NCBI GenBank assembly: GCA_963422395.1
Contig: OY729431.1
Span: 2,464,001 to 2,528,000 of the forward strand
Reading direction: 5' to 3'
Length of the DNA stretch: 64,000 nucleotides
Source: Vicinamibacteria bacterium
Lineage (GTDB): Bacteria > Acidobacteriota > Vicinamibacteria > Marinacidobacterales > Marinacidobacteraceae
Part shown: positions 19,048 through 28,257 of the stretch, piece by piece
Position numbering within the stretch: the stretch's first letter is position 1
Layout: every line of letters starts with the position of its first letter
Position numbers and translations under genes: made by a program
The notes under the pieces: model-generated
Told to the model about the DNA's origin: nothing
The model's database searches: none
Seen by the model: the letters and a program-made list of their open reading frames with translations, nothing else

Positions 19048-20508
19048 TCAGATCCATGCTCCCGGGACCGCCGCGACCCGGCCCGGCAACACCGCTGCGG
19101 CGGCCGGGGCCGCTTCGCCGCAGCCGGAGCGAACGGGGAAGATCTTGCCGGGATTGAGGAGTCCGCGGCGATTCCAACAGTCGCGGACCCGACGCATCGC
19201 CTCGATGTCGTCCTCCCCGAACATCAGGTCGAGGGCGTCACGCTTCTCGATCCCGATCCCGTGCTCCCCGGAAAGCGCGCCGCCGAGCCGGATACAGAGC
19301 GAAAGCAGCTCGTGGCTCGCCTGGAGCACCCGCGCGCGTTCCGCCGGGTCGCGCCCGTCGTAGGAGATGCACGGGTGGAGGTTTCCGTCCCCGGCGTGGA
19401 AGACATTGGCGATCCGCAGCCGGTAGCGCTTCCCGATCCGCTCCACCTCGGCGATCGCTTCGGGAAGCGCGGAACGGGGCACCACCCCGTCCTGGACATA
19501 CAGGTCGGTCGAAATGCGGCCCATGGCGCCGAATGCCCGTTTGCGGCCGAGCCAGAGCAGCTCGCGCTCCTCTGCAGTCTGCGCCGCCCGAATCTCGAGC
19601 GCGCCGCAGTTCCCCAGAATTCGCTCCACCTCGCCGCGCTGCCGGGCGACCGTCCGCTCCGCTCCGTCGAGCTCGAGGAGGAGCACCGCCCCGGCGTCCT
19701 GCGGGTACCCGGCGCCCACGCCGGCTTCCACCACCCGGATGGCGGCGGCGTCGAGCATCTCCATCGCCACCGGGACGACGCCGGCGGCGACGATCCGCGA
19801 GACCGCCTCGCAGGCCGGAACGAGGCCGACGAAGGGGGCGAGCAGCGTCTCCACCGTCTCCGGGAGCGGCAGCAGGCGCACCGTCGCCTCGGTGGCGATC
19901 CCCAGCGTGCCTTCGGAACCGACGAACAATCCGAGCAGGTCGTACCCCGCGGCGTCCCCGGATAGCTCCACTACCTCCCCGTCGTCGAGCACCACGGTGG
20001 CGGCGAGGATGTGCGAAGTGGTCGCGCCCAGCTTGAAGCAGTGGGGGCCGCCCGAGTTTTCGGCGATGTTGCCCCCGAGGGTGCAGGCCGACTGACTGGA
20101 CGGGTCGGGCGCGAAGAAGAGCCCGAAGGGCTCCGCCGCCCGCGAGATCTCGAGGTTCACCACCCCGGTCTGGCAGCGGGCGGTGCGCCCCTCCGGATCG
20201 AGATGCAGAATCCGGCGCATCGCCGCCAGCGAGATCACCACCCCGCCTTCGACCGGGGTCGCTCCGCCGGAAAGCCCGGTCCCCGCACCCCGGGCGGTGA
20301 ACGGGACTTCGGCGGCGGAACACGCCCGGACCACCGCCGCGACTTCGGCGGTGGAGCGGGGCAGCGCAACCGCGTGCGGAGCGTTCCGCCAGGCGGTGCT
20401 CCCGTCGCATTCGTAGGGGAGCGTGTGCTCCGGGCGCAGGAGAAATCCGTGCTCACCGAGCAGCGGGCGGAGTTCGCGGGCCAGCGCTTCCATCACCGAA
20501 TCCGGCAT
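19048..20508 (-). CDS. glcD: Glycolate oxidase FAD-linked subunit D
   Basis: RGAGTGLSGG, APDPSSQ, GSEGTLG, HAGDGNLHP, GEHGIGIEK, LNPGK. Confidence 0.92.
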   Translation of the reverse strand: MPDSVMEALARELRPLLGEHGFLLRPEHTLPYECDGSTAWRNAPHAVALPRSTAEVAAVVRACSAAEVPFTARGAGTGLSGGATPVEGGVVISLAAMRRILHLDPEGRTARCQTGVVNLEISRAAEPFGLFFAPDPSSQSACTLGGNIAENSGGPHCFKLGATTSHILAATVVLDDGEVVELSGDAAGYDLLGLFVGSEGTLGIATEATVRLLPLPETVETLLAPFVGLVPACEAVSRIVAAGVVPVAMEMLDAAAIRVVEAGVGAGYPQDAGAVLLLELDGAERTVARQRGEVERILGNCGALEIRAAQTAEERELLWLGRKRAFGAMGRISTDLYVQDGVVPRSALPEAIAEVERIGKRYRLRIANVFHAGDGNLHPCISYDGRDPAERARVLQASHELLSLCIRLGGALSGEHGIGIEKRDALDLMFGEDDIEAMRRVRDCWNRRGLLNPGKIFPVRSGCGEAAPAAAAVLPGRVAAVPGAWI

Positions 20509-20672
20509 CGAAATCCGGGGAGTCGAAGCCGGACGCGACGAACCGCAGGCGCTTGGTATCCCGAACGCCCGACGGGAGCCGCGCTGGCCCGCACACGAGC
20601 CCCGAGGTCCGGAGCCGCCATGAATCCGGAGCCGATACACTCAGCCATGGATATGTTTTCGGGTCGCAGGTG

Positions 20673-20816
20673 ATGAAAATGCAAATGGTGCCTCTCTACT
20701 TCGGCTTCCAGCAACTCGGCGGCGGCGAAGGCTTCATCGCCGATGCATGGATGCGGGGCTGCGCCACCTGCATCGAAGAGTGGTCTGGATATGAGGAGTC
20801 AACCCCGGCGGTCTAG
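20673..20816 (+). pseudogene. Short ORF, probable gene fragment
   Basis: 47 aa MKMQMVPLYFGFQQLGGGEGFIADAWMRG... in an AT-richer intergenic patch. Confidence 0.3.
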
Positions 20817-20958
20817 CTGAGAACGGCGAGGATATTAGGTCGGCTCAGCAGGCGCGGGACCCTTCTGGAGCCTGATATAATCGGCTTCTTGCGTTCCGCG
20901 GCGGCGGGACCGTGTTCAGGGAGGTTTCCCGAAGGGGGATCCCCTCCGAAGGAGATCC

Positions 20959-21465
20959 ATGCCGAGCACCCTGGCCCGACCCATGGTCGACACCGCCTCC
21001 GAAACGCAACCGGAGGGGCAGGCGCTCCGGGGCGAGATGCGCATCCTGCACCGTACGCTGAAGCTGGTGACCGACTCCCGCGTCGAGCTCCACAACATCA
21101 GCGACCGGGTCCGCGACCAGGTGCGCGCCTCGGGGATTCGGGCCGGGTTTCTCATCCTCTCGACCCTCCACACCACGACCGCGCTCTTCCTCAACGAGTT
21201 CCAGGCCGCGCTGATGGCGGACCTCACCGAGGTCCTCGAACGGCTGGTGGCCCAGGACGCCGGCTACCTCCACAACTGCGAGGACTGCTCCGACTGCGAG
21301 CGGAAGAACGCCGACGCCCACCTCCGCGCGACCCTGCTCGGCCACAATGTGACCGTTCCGATCCAGGAGGGGGAAATCACCCTGGGGCAGTGGCAGAGCA
21401 TCCTCTTCGCGGAACTGGACGGCCCGCGCCAGCGCACCGTGAGCGTCCACCTCATCGGGATCTGA
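20959..21465 (+). CDS. yjbQ: YjbQ/UPF0047 family protein
   Basis: HTTTALFLNE, NADAHL, LGQWQSILFAELDGPR; GGAG RBS upstream. Confidence 0.92.
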   Translation: MPSTLARPMVDTASETQPEGQALRGEMRILHRTLKLVTDSRVELHNISDRVRDQVRASGIRAGFLILSTLHTTTALFLNEFQAALMADLTEVLERLVAQDAGYLHNCEDCSDCERKNADAHLRATLLGHNVTVPIQEGEITLGQWQSILFAELDGPRQRTVSVHLIGI

Positions 21466-22208
21466 GCCAGTCCGACCCCGCCGCCGCGCCGGAGAGCAGC
21501 GGGCTGTCTCGCGCCGGCAGACCGCCGGCAGCGATCGTCACCGGAGCCAGTCGAGGGGTCGGGGAAGCGGCAGCGGTCCAGCTGGCGGCCCGGGGTTTCG
21601 CCGTCTCGCTCGCGGCCCGGCGGCCGATGGGGCTGGTAGCGGTGCACAACCGGATCCGCGCCGGCGGCGGTCACGCCTTCGTCCTGCCGACCGATGTCAC
21701 CGAGCCCGCCCGGGTGCAGGAACTGGTCGCGGAGACCGAGCGCCGGTTGGGTCCGATATCGCTGCTCGTGAACGCCGCCGGCACCGCGCATCGCGCGCCG
21801 GTCACCGCTACCAGCGACGCCGCCTTCGATCGCATGATCGGAGTCAATCTGCGCGGCGTCTTCCTCTGTACGCGCGCCGTGCTCGCCGGGATGACTCGTC
21901 GGCAGAGCGGACGGATCGTGAATCTGGCGGCAGTCGCCGGGCGAATCGGCGCGCCGCGGCTCGCGGCCTACTGCGCCTCCAAGTGGGGCGTCGTGGGGTT
22001 CACCAAGGCCTGCGCCGAGGAGCTCCGCCCGGCGGGCATCTCGGTCTTCGGCGTCTGCCCGGGATCGGTGGACACCGAGACCTACCGGACCGCGATGCCG
22101 GGGGCGAAGGCGAGGTCCACCGCCGCCGCAGTCGCCGAGGTCGTGGTCTGGCTCGGCAGCGAAGCGCCGGCAGCGATGACCGGCGCCATCGTGGACGCGC
22201 CGGGCTGA
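21462..22208 (+). CDS. SDR family oxidoreductase (start uncertain, possibly CTG)
   Basis: IVTGASRGVG, LVNAAG, YCASK catalytic motif, VCPGSVDT. Confidence 0.88.
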   Translation: MSQSDPAAAPESSGLSRAGRPPAAIVTGASRGVGEAAAVQLAARGFAVSLAARRPMGLVAVHNRIRAGGGHAFVLPTDVTEPARVQELVAETERRLGPISLLVNAAGTAHRAPVTATSDAAFDRMIGVNLRGVFLCTRAVLAGMTRRQSGRIVNLAAVAGRIGAPRLAAYCASKWGVVGFTKACAEELRPAGISVFGVCPGSVDTETYRTAMPGAKARSTAAAVAEVVVWLGSEAPAAMTGAIVDAPG

Positions 22209-22236
22209 GCAGCGAGGGAGGGGCCGGTCGAGGCGG

Positions 22237-22641
22237 TCAGGAAAGCGTGGCGACGGTTTCCGGCTGGATGTAGTAGAGGACCCGAACTTCTCCGGGCCGG
22301 CGCCACTCGTAGCGCTCGCCGCCGAGGTACTTCCGGGCGAGGCGGTCGATGCCGCCCTCGGCGCCCTCCTCGGTGATACGCACCACTCGGCCCCGGATCA
22401 TGACCGCCCGGTAAGGGTCGTCGGGGTGGGTCGCCGAAACCGCCACCCGCGGATCGCGGCGAATGTTCCGGTCCTTCAAGCGGCCGGCCGCCGAGTTCAC
22501 CACGATCAGGTCTCCATCGGTCTCGACCCACACCGGGGAGACCTGCGGGCTGCCGTCTTCCATCCGGGTGGCGAGGTGAGCGAAGGCCTTCGCGGCGAAA
22601 AGCTCCCGGATCTCCGGGGCGAGGCTGTCGGTTCTAGGCAT
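22237..22641 (-). CDS. PPOX-class (split beta-barrel) putative F420-dependent oxidoreductase
   Basis: AHLATRMEDGSPQVSPVW, KDRNIRRDPRVAV, IDRLARKYLG. Confidence 0.88.
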   Translation of the reverse strand: MPRTDSLAPEIRELFAAKAFAHLATRMEDGSPQVSPVWVETDGDLIVVNSAAGRLKDRNIRRDPRVAVSATHPDDPYRAVMIRGRVVRITEEGAEGGIDRLARKYLGGERYEWRRPGEVRVLYYIQPETVATLS

Positions 22642-22661
22642 GGCGGTGCGGCTCCGGACGC

Positions 22662-23759
22662 TCACTCGAGCTCGGCGAGTTCCCTTTCGATTTCGGCTTG
22701 GAGTTGTTGGAACGAGATCGCGCCGCCGATGTAGCGCCCATTCGAGAACACCGCCGGCGTCCCCGTCTGCCCGAATCCCATCGCGGCTTCGAGATCCGCT
22801 TGCACCTGCTCGTAGTGACGGCCGCTGTTCAGGCAGGCATCGAACTCGTCGGTGTCGAGCCCGATCAGCCTGGCATGCTGCTCCAGGGTGTCCGGCGAGA
22901 GGTCTTCGTCGGCCCAGAGCGCGTCGTGGAACTCCCAGAAGCTGCCCTGGTCCCCGGCGCAGAGGGCAGCCTCGGAAGCCTTCTGCGCCCGCGGGTGGAT
23001 GCTGCGCAGCGGATAGTGGCGGAAGACGAGCCGGACCTGTTCCGCCAACTCCTCGGTCTCGCGCATCCGATCCACCGCTTCGTTGAAACGCCGACAGTAC
23101 GGACACTCGAAATCGGAGAACACCACGAGCTCGACCGGAGCGTCCTCGGGGCCGATCGAGGCGTGCCCCGCCGTATCGATCTCGACCCGGTACGCCGGGA
23201 CCGTGAGATCCCACTCGGCCTCGCTGAGGAACTGCTCCCCGGCGAACTCGATGTTCCGGTTCAGCTTCTGGTTGGCGATCTGCCGGCGAAGGTCAACGGC
23301 GATCTCCTCGAGCGGCCGCCCTCCGAACTGCCCGCGGTTCTGCTCGTACACCTGCTGGAGCTCCTCGTTCGAAACTTCGGGCAGGCCGATCACCCGAGTG
23401 TAGTACTGGTTCAGGGTCAATCCCTCGGCATCCGCCGCCTGCGTCAGCAGCCGCTCCCGAGCCGCCCGGATCGCTCCCCGTTCGAGAAGCCGGTGGACCT
23501 CGGTGTAGTACTCGTTCTTGAGCTGCGCGAGCTGCCAGCGATCTTGGTCCGGGAGGGCGTCGAGAGTGAGCTCCTCGCCGTTCAGAATCCCGAGCACCCG
23601 CGAGTCCACCGTCGCCGGCAGGAGCGACTCGGCGGAGCCGGCGCGATCTCCGGAATCCGCCGCCGCACCGCCGCAACCAGCGGCGGCGAGCTGGAAGGCG
23701 GTGAAGAGAAGAGAAACAGCGACAGGGAGCGGAGCGCTCCGACTGAAGAATCTGCGCAT
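22662..23759 (-). CDS. DsbA/thioredoxin-domain lipoprotein
   Basis: Lipobox-like LAAAGC; FSDFECPYC, FRHYPL, cis-Pro GTPA. Confidence 0.9.
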   Translation of the reverse strand: MRRFFSRSAPLPVAVSLLFTAFQLAAAGCGGAAADSGDRAGSAESLLPATVDSRVLGILNGEELTLDALPDQDRWQLAQLKNEYYTEVHRLLERGAIRAARERLLTQAADAEGLTLNQYYTRVIGLPEVSNEELQQVYEQNRGQFGGRPLEEIAVDLRRQIANQKLNRNIEFAGEQFLSEAEWDLTVPAYRVEIDTAGHASIGPEDAPVELVVFSDFECPYCRRFNEAVDRMRETEELAEQVRLVFRHYPLRSIHPRAQKASEAALCAGDQGSFWEFHDALWADEDLSPDTLEQHARLIGLDTDEFDACLNSGRHYEQVQADLEAAMGFGQTGTPAVFSNGRYIGGAISFQQLQAEIERELAELE

Positions 23760-23856
23760 GGGAACACCTCGGTAGGAAACGGCCGCGCGGGGGCGGCAAC
23801 GACCCGCTCGCTGCCAGCAGCCCAATTGGAAAAGCGGCCCGACTGCCGCCGAACTG

Positions 23857-24336
23857 CTAGGCGCCCGGATCGGAGAGGATACCCCGCTCCGGAGCGGCCG
23901 GGCTCGCAACCAGCAGCGTGTACGGCCCGTCGTTCACGAGCGACACCTCCATCTTCGCCCCGAAGTGTCCGGTGCGCACCGTGACCCCTTCGTCCCGGAG
24001 CCGCTCGCAGAACGCTTCGTAGAGGGTCCGAGCCTCCGGACCCGGCGCGGCGCGGGAGAACGAGGGCCGCCTTCCCTTGCTGCAGTTCCCGAACAGAGTG
24101 AACTGGGAGACTGCGAGCACCGCGCCGCCGCGTTCGAGCACGCTCTGCTCCGCGGCTCCCTCCGGGCCGGGGAACACCCGCAGCCCGGCGATCTTCCTCG
24201 CCAACCAGGCGGCAGCATCCCCGGTGTCGGAGCGGGCCACCCCGAGGAGCACCAGGAGCCCGGCGCCGATCGCGGAGACGGATGCGCCGTCCACCGACAC
24301 CGAAGCGCAGGCGACGCGCTGGACTACCGCGAGCAT
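23857..24336 (-). CDS. dtd: D-aminoacyl-tRNA deacylase
   Basis: VVQRV, VSQFTL, KGRRPSF, NDGPYT. Confidence 0.95.
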   Translation of the reverse strand: MLAVVQRVACASVSVDGASVSAIGAGLLVLLGVARSDTGDAAAWLARKIAGLRVFPGPEGAAEQSVLERGGAVLAVSQFTLFGNCSKGRRPSFSRAAPGPEARTLYEAFCERLRDEGVTVRTGHFGAKMEVSLVNDGPYTLLVASPAAPERGILSDPGA

Positions 24337-24403
24337 GGGAAGGATCGGGCCGGAACGCTACCAGGCAGCCCGGCCCGGACGCCCCGCTCCCGGACCGCTC
24401 GGA

Positions 24404-26149
24404 CTACACGGGCACGCCGCGCGGGGGGCCGTTTCCGGCGCCCGGAGGGATGCCGTAGGCCCGCAGCAAGTCGGAGACCGTGACCACCGCCTCGAGCTGG
24501 CCGAGATCGATCCGACTCACTACCGGCAGGGAATCCATCCCGATCCGACCCATGGTGGCGAGCACATGATCGATCGGCTGGTCGGCATGCGCATGGGGGA
24601 AACTCCGCCCCCGCACCAGGTCGCCGAGGAACTCCTGGTCCTGTCCCCAGCTGTGCCAGCGTTCGAGTTCGGCGAGGGTGATGAGGCCCGAGATCCGGTT
24701 CCCCCGCGCCACCGGCCAGGAGCGCTTGCCGCTGAGCGCCACCCGTTCGATCGCGTCCTCGACAGTGAGGTCGGGGGGGAGCAGCTCGCGCGGGGGCCGC
24801 ATCGCCGCCCGTACCACCGGGTGGGCGCCCTCCCCCTCCGCCGGCGGGAGCCGGATGCCGTCCTGGAGCGCGAGAGCCTCGTACACCGAGACCGGCTGAA
24901 GCCGCCGCGAGACGAAGAAGGAAGTCAGGTTGGCGATCATGAGCGGCACGATGACCGCGTAGCTCTGGGTGATCTCGAAGATCATGAAAACCGACGCCAT
25001 CGGCACCCGGATGATGCCGGCGAACGCTGCGCCCATCCCGACCAGCGCGTAGGCCCCGGAACCGGCCGTGAAGTCGAACCACAGGTCGGCCAGCCCGCCG
25101 ACCACTCCACCGAGCATCGCGCCGAGGAAGATGCTCGGACCGAAGATGCCGCCGGCGTTTCCCGAGGCGTAGGCGATCACCGAGAGCCCGAGGTGGAGCG
25201 CGAGCAGTGCAGCCATGGCGCCCATGGGGAGTTCGCCGGCGAGCGCCCGGCCGACCGGGCCGTAGCCGACTTCGAAGAGTCCGGGGAGCATCAACCACGC
25301 CGCCGCGACCGCCGCCGCGCCGAGCGCCGGCTGGAACCAGCGCGTCGCAGCGGGGAGGCGGCGGAACACCGCACGCAGCCAGAGCAGCAACCGGACGAAA
25401 CCCACCGACATGAGCCCGCCCAGTACCCCGAGCACAGCGTAGATGAGGAGTTCCGCCGGATGCCCGAGCCGGTAGGCCGGGACCGCGAAGAGCGGCTCGT
25501 CGCCGAGCGAGAGCCGCAGCACCAGCCAGCTGGCCACGGCGCTCAGCACGACCGACCCGAGCACGCGGGCGTGGAGGTTGCCGACGATCTCTTCGAGCGA
25601 GAAGAGAATCGCGGCGATCGGAGTGTTGAAGGCGGCGGCGATGGCGGCCGCCGTGCCCACCGGAATCAGTTGCCGCCGCTTTTCCGCGTCGAGCCGCAGG
25701 GCCTCGCCCACCGAGGAAGCGATCCCCGCCCCGATCTGCGCCGAGGGTCCTTCTCGGCCGAGGGGGATCCCGCTCCCCAGAGTGAGCGCCCCGCAGAGGA
25801 ACTTCCCGAAGGGAACCCGGAAGGGGATCCGGCCGTCGCGGGCGACGAGCGCCGCCTTGGTGTCCGGGATGCCGCTTCCCCGCGCCTCGCCGAACCAGCG
25901 ATGCATGAGGAAACCGGCGGCGAGGGCGGCGAGGAAGGGAGCGGCGAAGCGCGCTGCTCCGAGCGCCGGCCCGTGCACCACCGCCTCGGCGAGCCGCTCG
26001 GTCACCACGATGAAGGCGACCACCACGCCGCCCACCAGCGCCCCGATCCCGAGCGTCAGGCCGGTGAAGAATCCTGGGCGTTCCACCAGGTCCCGCGAAG
26101 AAAGCCAGCCCACAGCGCGGCCGGCGGCAGGCATGAAGCGCTGCTTCAT
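24404..26149 (-). CDS. ClC chloride channel/antiporter with CBS domains
   Basis: GSGIP, GREGP, FNTPIA, GGIFGP; ATG overlaps the upstream stop (ATGA). Confidence 0.93.
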   Translation of the reverse strand: MKQRFMPAAGRAVGWLSSRDLVERPGFFTGLTLGIGALVGGVVVAFIVVTERLAEAVVHGPALGAARFAAPFLAALAAGFLMHRWFGEARGSGIPDTKAALVARDGRIPFRVPFGKFLCGALTLGSGIPLGREGPSAQIGAGIASSVGEALRLDAEKRRQLIPVGTAAAIAAAFNTPIAAILFSLEEIVGNLHARVLGSVVLSAVASWLVLRLSLGDEPLFAVPAYRLGHPAELLIYAVLGVLGGLMSVGFVRLLLWLRAVFRRLPAATRWFQPALGAAAVAAAWLMLPGLFEVGYGPVGRALAGELPMGAMAALLALHLGLSVIAYASGNAGGIFGPSIFLGAMLGGVVGGLADLWFDFTAGSGAYALVGMGAAFAGIIRVPMASVFMIFEITQSYAVIVPLMIANLTSFFVSRRLQPVSVYEALALQDGIRLPPAEGEGAHPVVRAAMRPPRELLPPDLTVEDAIERVALSGKRSWPVARGNRISGLITLAELERWHSWGQDQEFLGDLVRGRSFPHAHADQPIDHVLATMGRIGMDSLPVVSRIDLGQLEAVVTVSDLLRAYGIPPGAGNGPPRGVPV

Positions 26150-27861
26150 CGGGCATTCCCCGGGGAGCGTGCTCTCGGGAGCGAGTGGAGCGCCACACCG
26201 AGAAACACGGTCACGCCGGCGCCGATCAGGTTGTAGTAGAGATAGGAGATCCCCTCGACGCCGAGCGCACGGGGGACGAGGTCGGCGGTCCAGACCGCGG
26301 CGACGCCGCCGAGGACCGCCGGAAATGCGCGGCGGGCACCGCGGGAAGGGAAGACGGCGGCGAGTACGAACGCCCCGAGGATCGGTCCGTAGAAGTACGA
26401 CCCCACCCGATTCACCGCTTCCACCGCGGAGCCGAGCCGGCCCATGTAGAGCGCGGCGCTGGTGGCCACCGTTCCCCAGAACAGGATGCCCAGGCGCCCG
26501 GCTCGCAGGTAGTGCTTCTCGGAAGCGGCCCGGACGCCGGAGCGTTCCCGGAAACGGCGGTAGAAATCCACCACGCTCGCAGTGGAGAGTGCCGAGAGTT
26601 CCGATTCCACCGTGGACATGGCGGCGGCGAGCACCGCGATCAGGATGAGGCCGACGATTCCCGGAGGCAGCTGGGTGAAAACGAAGGTCGGGAAGACATG
26701 GTTCGTATCGCTCCACGGCTCGCCGCGCGCCGCAGAAGCAGCGCGAACGGCTTCGGTGCGGCTCTCCTGCAGGGCCCGGTCGGCGGCCAGGTAACGCTCA
26801 CGGACCGCCGGCTCAGCCGCCTCTCCAGCAGCAGCGAAGCGGAGCGCGGCGTCGCGGCGCTCGGCGAAAGCCCGGTCGTAGCGGGCTTCGGTTTCCGCCA
26901 TCGCCGCGGGATCGGCAGCGCGGGTTTCGGCGAGGGTCACCGGATCGAAGAGCAGCGGCGGCTTCTCGAATTGGTAGAAGACGAAGAGCAGCGCCCCGGT
27001 GAGCAGGATCACGAACTGCACCGGCAGCTTGGCGAAAGCGTTGAACAGCAGCGACAGCCGGCTCTCGCGCAGCGAGCGGCCGGTGAGGTAGCGCTGCACC
27101 TGGCTCTGGTCGCAACCGAAGTAGGAGAGCATCAGGAAGAGCCCGCCGAGCAGTCCGGTCCAGACGGTGTAGGTGAGCCGAGGATCGGGATCGAAGGAAA
27201 GGGTCTCGAGCCGCCCGGTGGCCCCGGCTAGCCGGAGCGCGTCACCCAGGCCGACCTGTTCCGGCAGACCGAAGACGACGGATCCGAGACAGAAGAAGAT
27301 GCCGAGCAGGATGATGAGCATCTGCCAGGTCTCGACCCACATCACCGCCCGCATCCCCCCGAGCGCGGTATAGATGGTGGCGAAGCCGCCGATCAGGAGC
27401 ACGGTGAGGGTCTCGTCGAGCGAGAACACCACCGAGAGCACCACCGACGGGGCGTAGATCACCACTGCGCCGGAGAGCGCCCGGCCGAACAGGAACAAAA
27501 GGCTGGTGAGGGAGCGGGTTCCGGGTCCGCACCGCTTTTCCAGGTATTCGTAGGCGGTGAACACCCGCGCCCGGTAGAAGAGCGGCACCAGGGTGACGCA
27601 CAGGATCACCATGGCGATCGGCAGCGCCAGGTAGATCTGGAGGAAGCGCATCCCGTCCACATAGGCCTGCCCGGTAGTGCCCACGAGGGTGATGGCGCTC
27701 GCCTGGGTCGCCATCACCGAGAGGCCCATCGCGTACCAGGGCATGGAACGGCGGGCCAGGAAGTAGTCTTCGAGCCCCCGGTTCCCCCGGCCGGTGAGCG
27801 CGCCGACGGCGACGATCAGGCCGAAGTAGGCCGCGACGACGATCCAGTCGAGGAGCTGCAC
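26146..27861 (-). CDS. Sodium:solute symporter (SSS family)
   Basis: DYFLARR, ATQASAIT, YEYLEKR, YFGCDQSQVQRYL, AAAMST. Confidence 0.93.
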   Translation of the reverse strand: MQLLDWIVVAAYFGLIVAVGALTGRGNRGLEDYFLARRSMPWYAMGLSVMATQASAITLVGTTGQAYVDGMRFLQIYLALPIAMVILCVTLVPLFYRARVFTAYEYLEKRCGPGTRSLTSLLFLFGRALSGAVVIYAPSVVLSVVFSLDETLTVLLIGGFATIYTALGGMRAVMWVETWQMLIILLGIFFCLGSVVFGLPEQVGLGDALRLAGATGRLETLSFDPDPRLTYTVWTGLLGGLFLMLSYFGCDQSQVQRYLTGRSLRESRLSLLFNAFAKLPVQFVILLTGALLFVFYQFEKPPLLFDPVTLAETRAADPAAMAETEARYDRAFAERRDAALRFAAAGEAAEPAVRERYLAADRALQESRTEAVRAASAARGEPWSDTNHVFPTFVFTQLPPGIVGLILIAVLAAAMSTVESELSALSTASVVDFYRRFRERSGVRAASEKHYLRAGRLGILFWGTVATSAALYMGRLGSAVEAVNRVGSYFYGPILGAFVLAAVFPSRGARRAFPAVLGGVAAVWTADLVPRALGVEGISYLYYNLIGAGVTVFLGVALHSLPRARSPGNAR

Positions 27862-27872
27862 CGTCCCCCCGA

Positions 27873-28013
27873 TCAGGGCGCGAACGCCCGGGAGAACAGA
27901 AAGAGGAGGAGGTAGCTGGCGAGCGCGGTCATGAAGACCGCGGCGTAGAGCCGCCTCCAGGAGCGGAAGAAGCCGCTGCCCGCCGGAGGCGGGCCTTCCG
28001 CGTTCTCCGTCAA
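27873..28013 (-). CDS. Small membrane protein preceding the SSS transporter (46 aa, absent from ORF track)
   Basis: TTG start; MTENAEGPPPAGSGFFRSWRRLYAAVFMTALASYLLLFLFSRAFAP, one TM helix; ends 11 bp before the SSS start. Confidence 0.75.
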   Translation of the reverse strand: MTENAEGPPPAGSGFFRSWRRLYAAVFMTALASYLLLFLFSRAFAP

Positions 28014-28211
28014 AAGACCGTTTCGGACGCCAGCGGGCGCGAACGCCGCACCCGGCGGACTCCCGTCAGGAGAGGCGAGGCACGCAGCGCGTTTTCCATC
28101 AGGGGAGTATCGAAGAGGCGGCTAGACTCACCGGCCGATACCGGGCCGCCGGCCGGCTCGTGCCGAGGATTCTAGGGAGCTGTCCGGAATCGCGGGATCC
28201 TTGGCGGTCCC

Positions 28212-28256
28212 GGCGAAGTACGGAATGGCGAAGCAAGGGGTGGCGAAGGACGGAAT
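28212..28256. repeat. 3 x 15-bp tandem repeat
   Basis: ggcgaagtacggaat / ggcgaagcaaggggt / ggcgaaggacggaat, directly before ATG 28258. Confidence 0.7.
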
Positions 28257-28257
28257 C

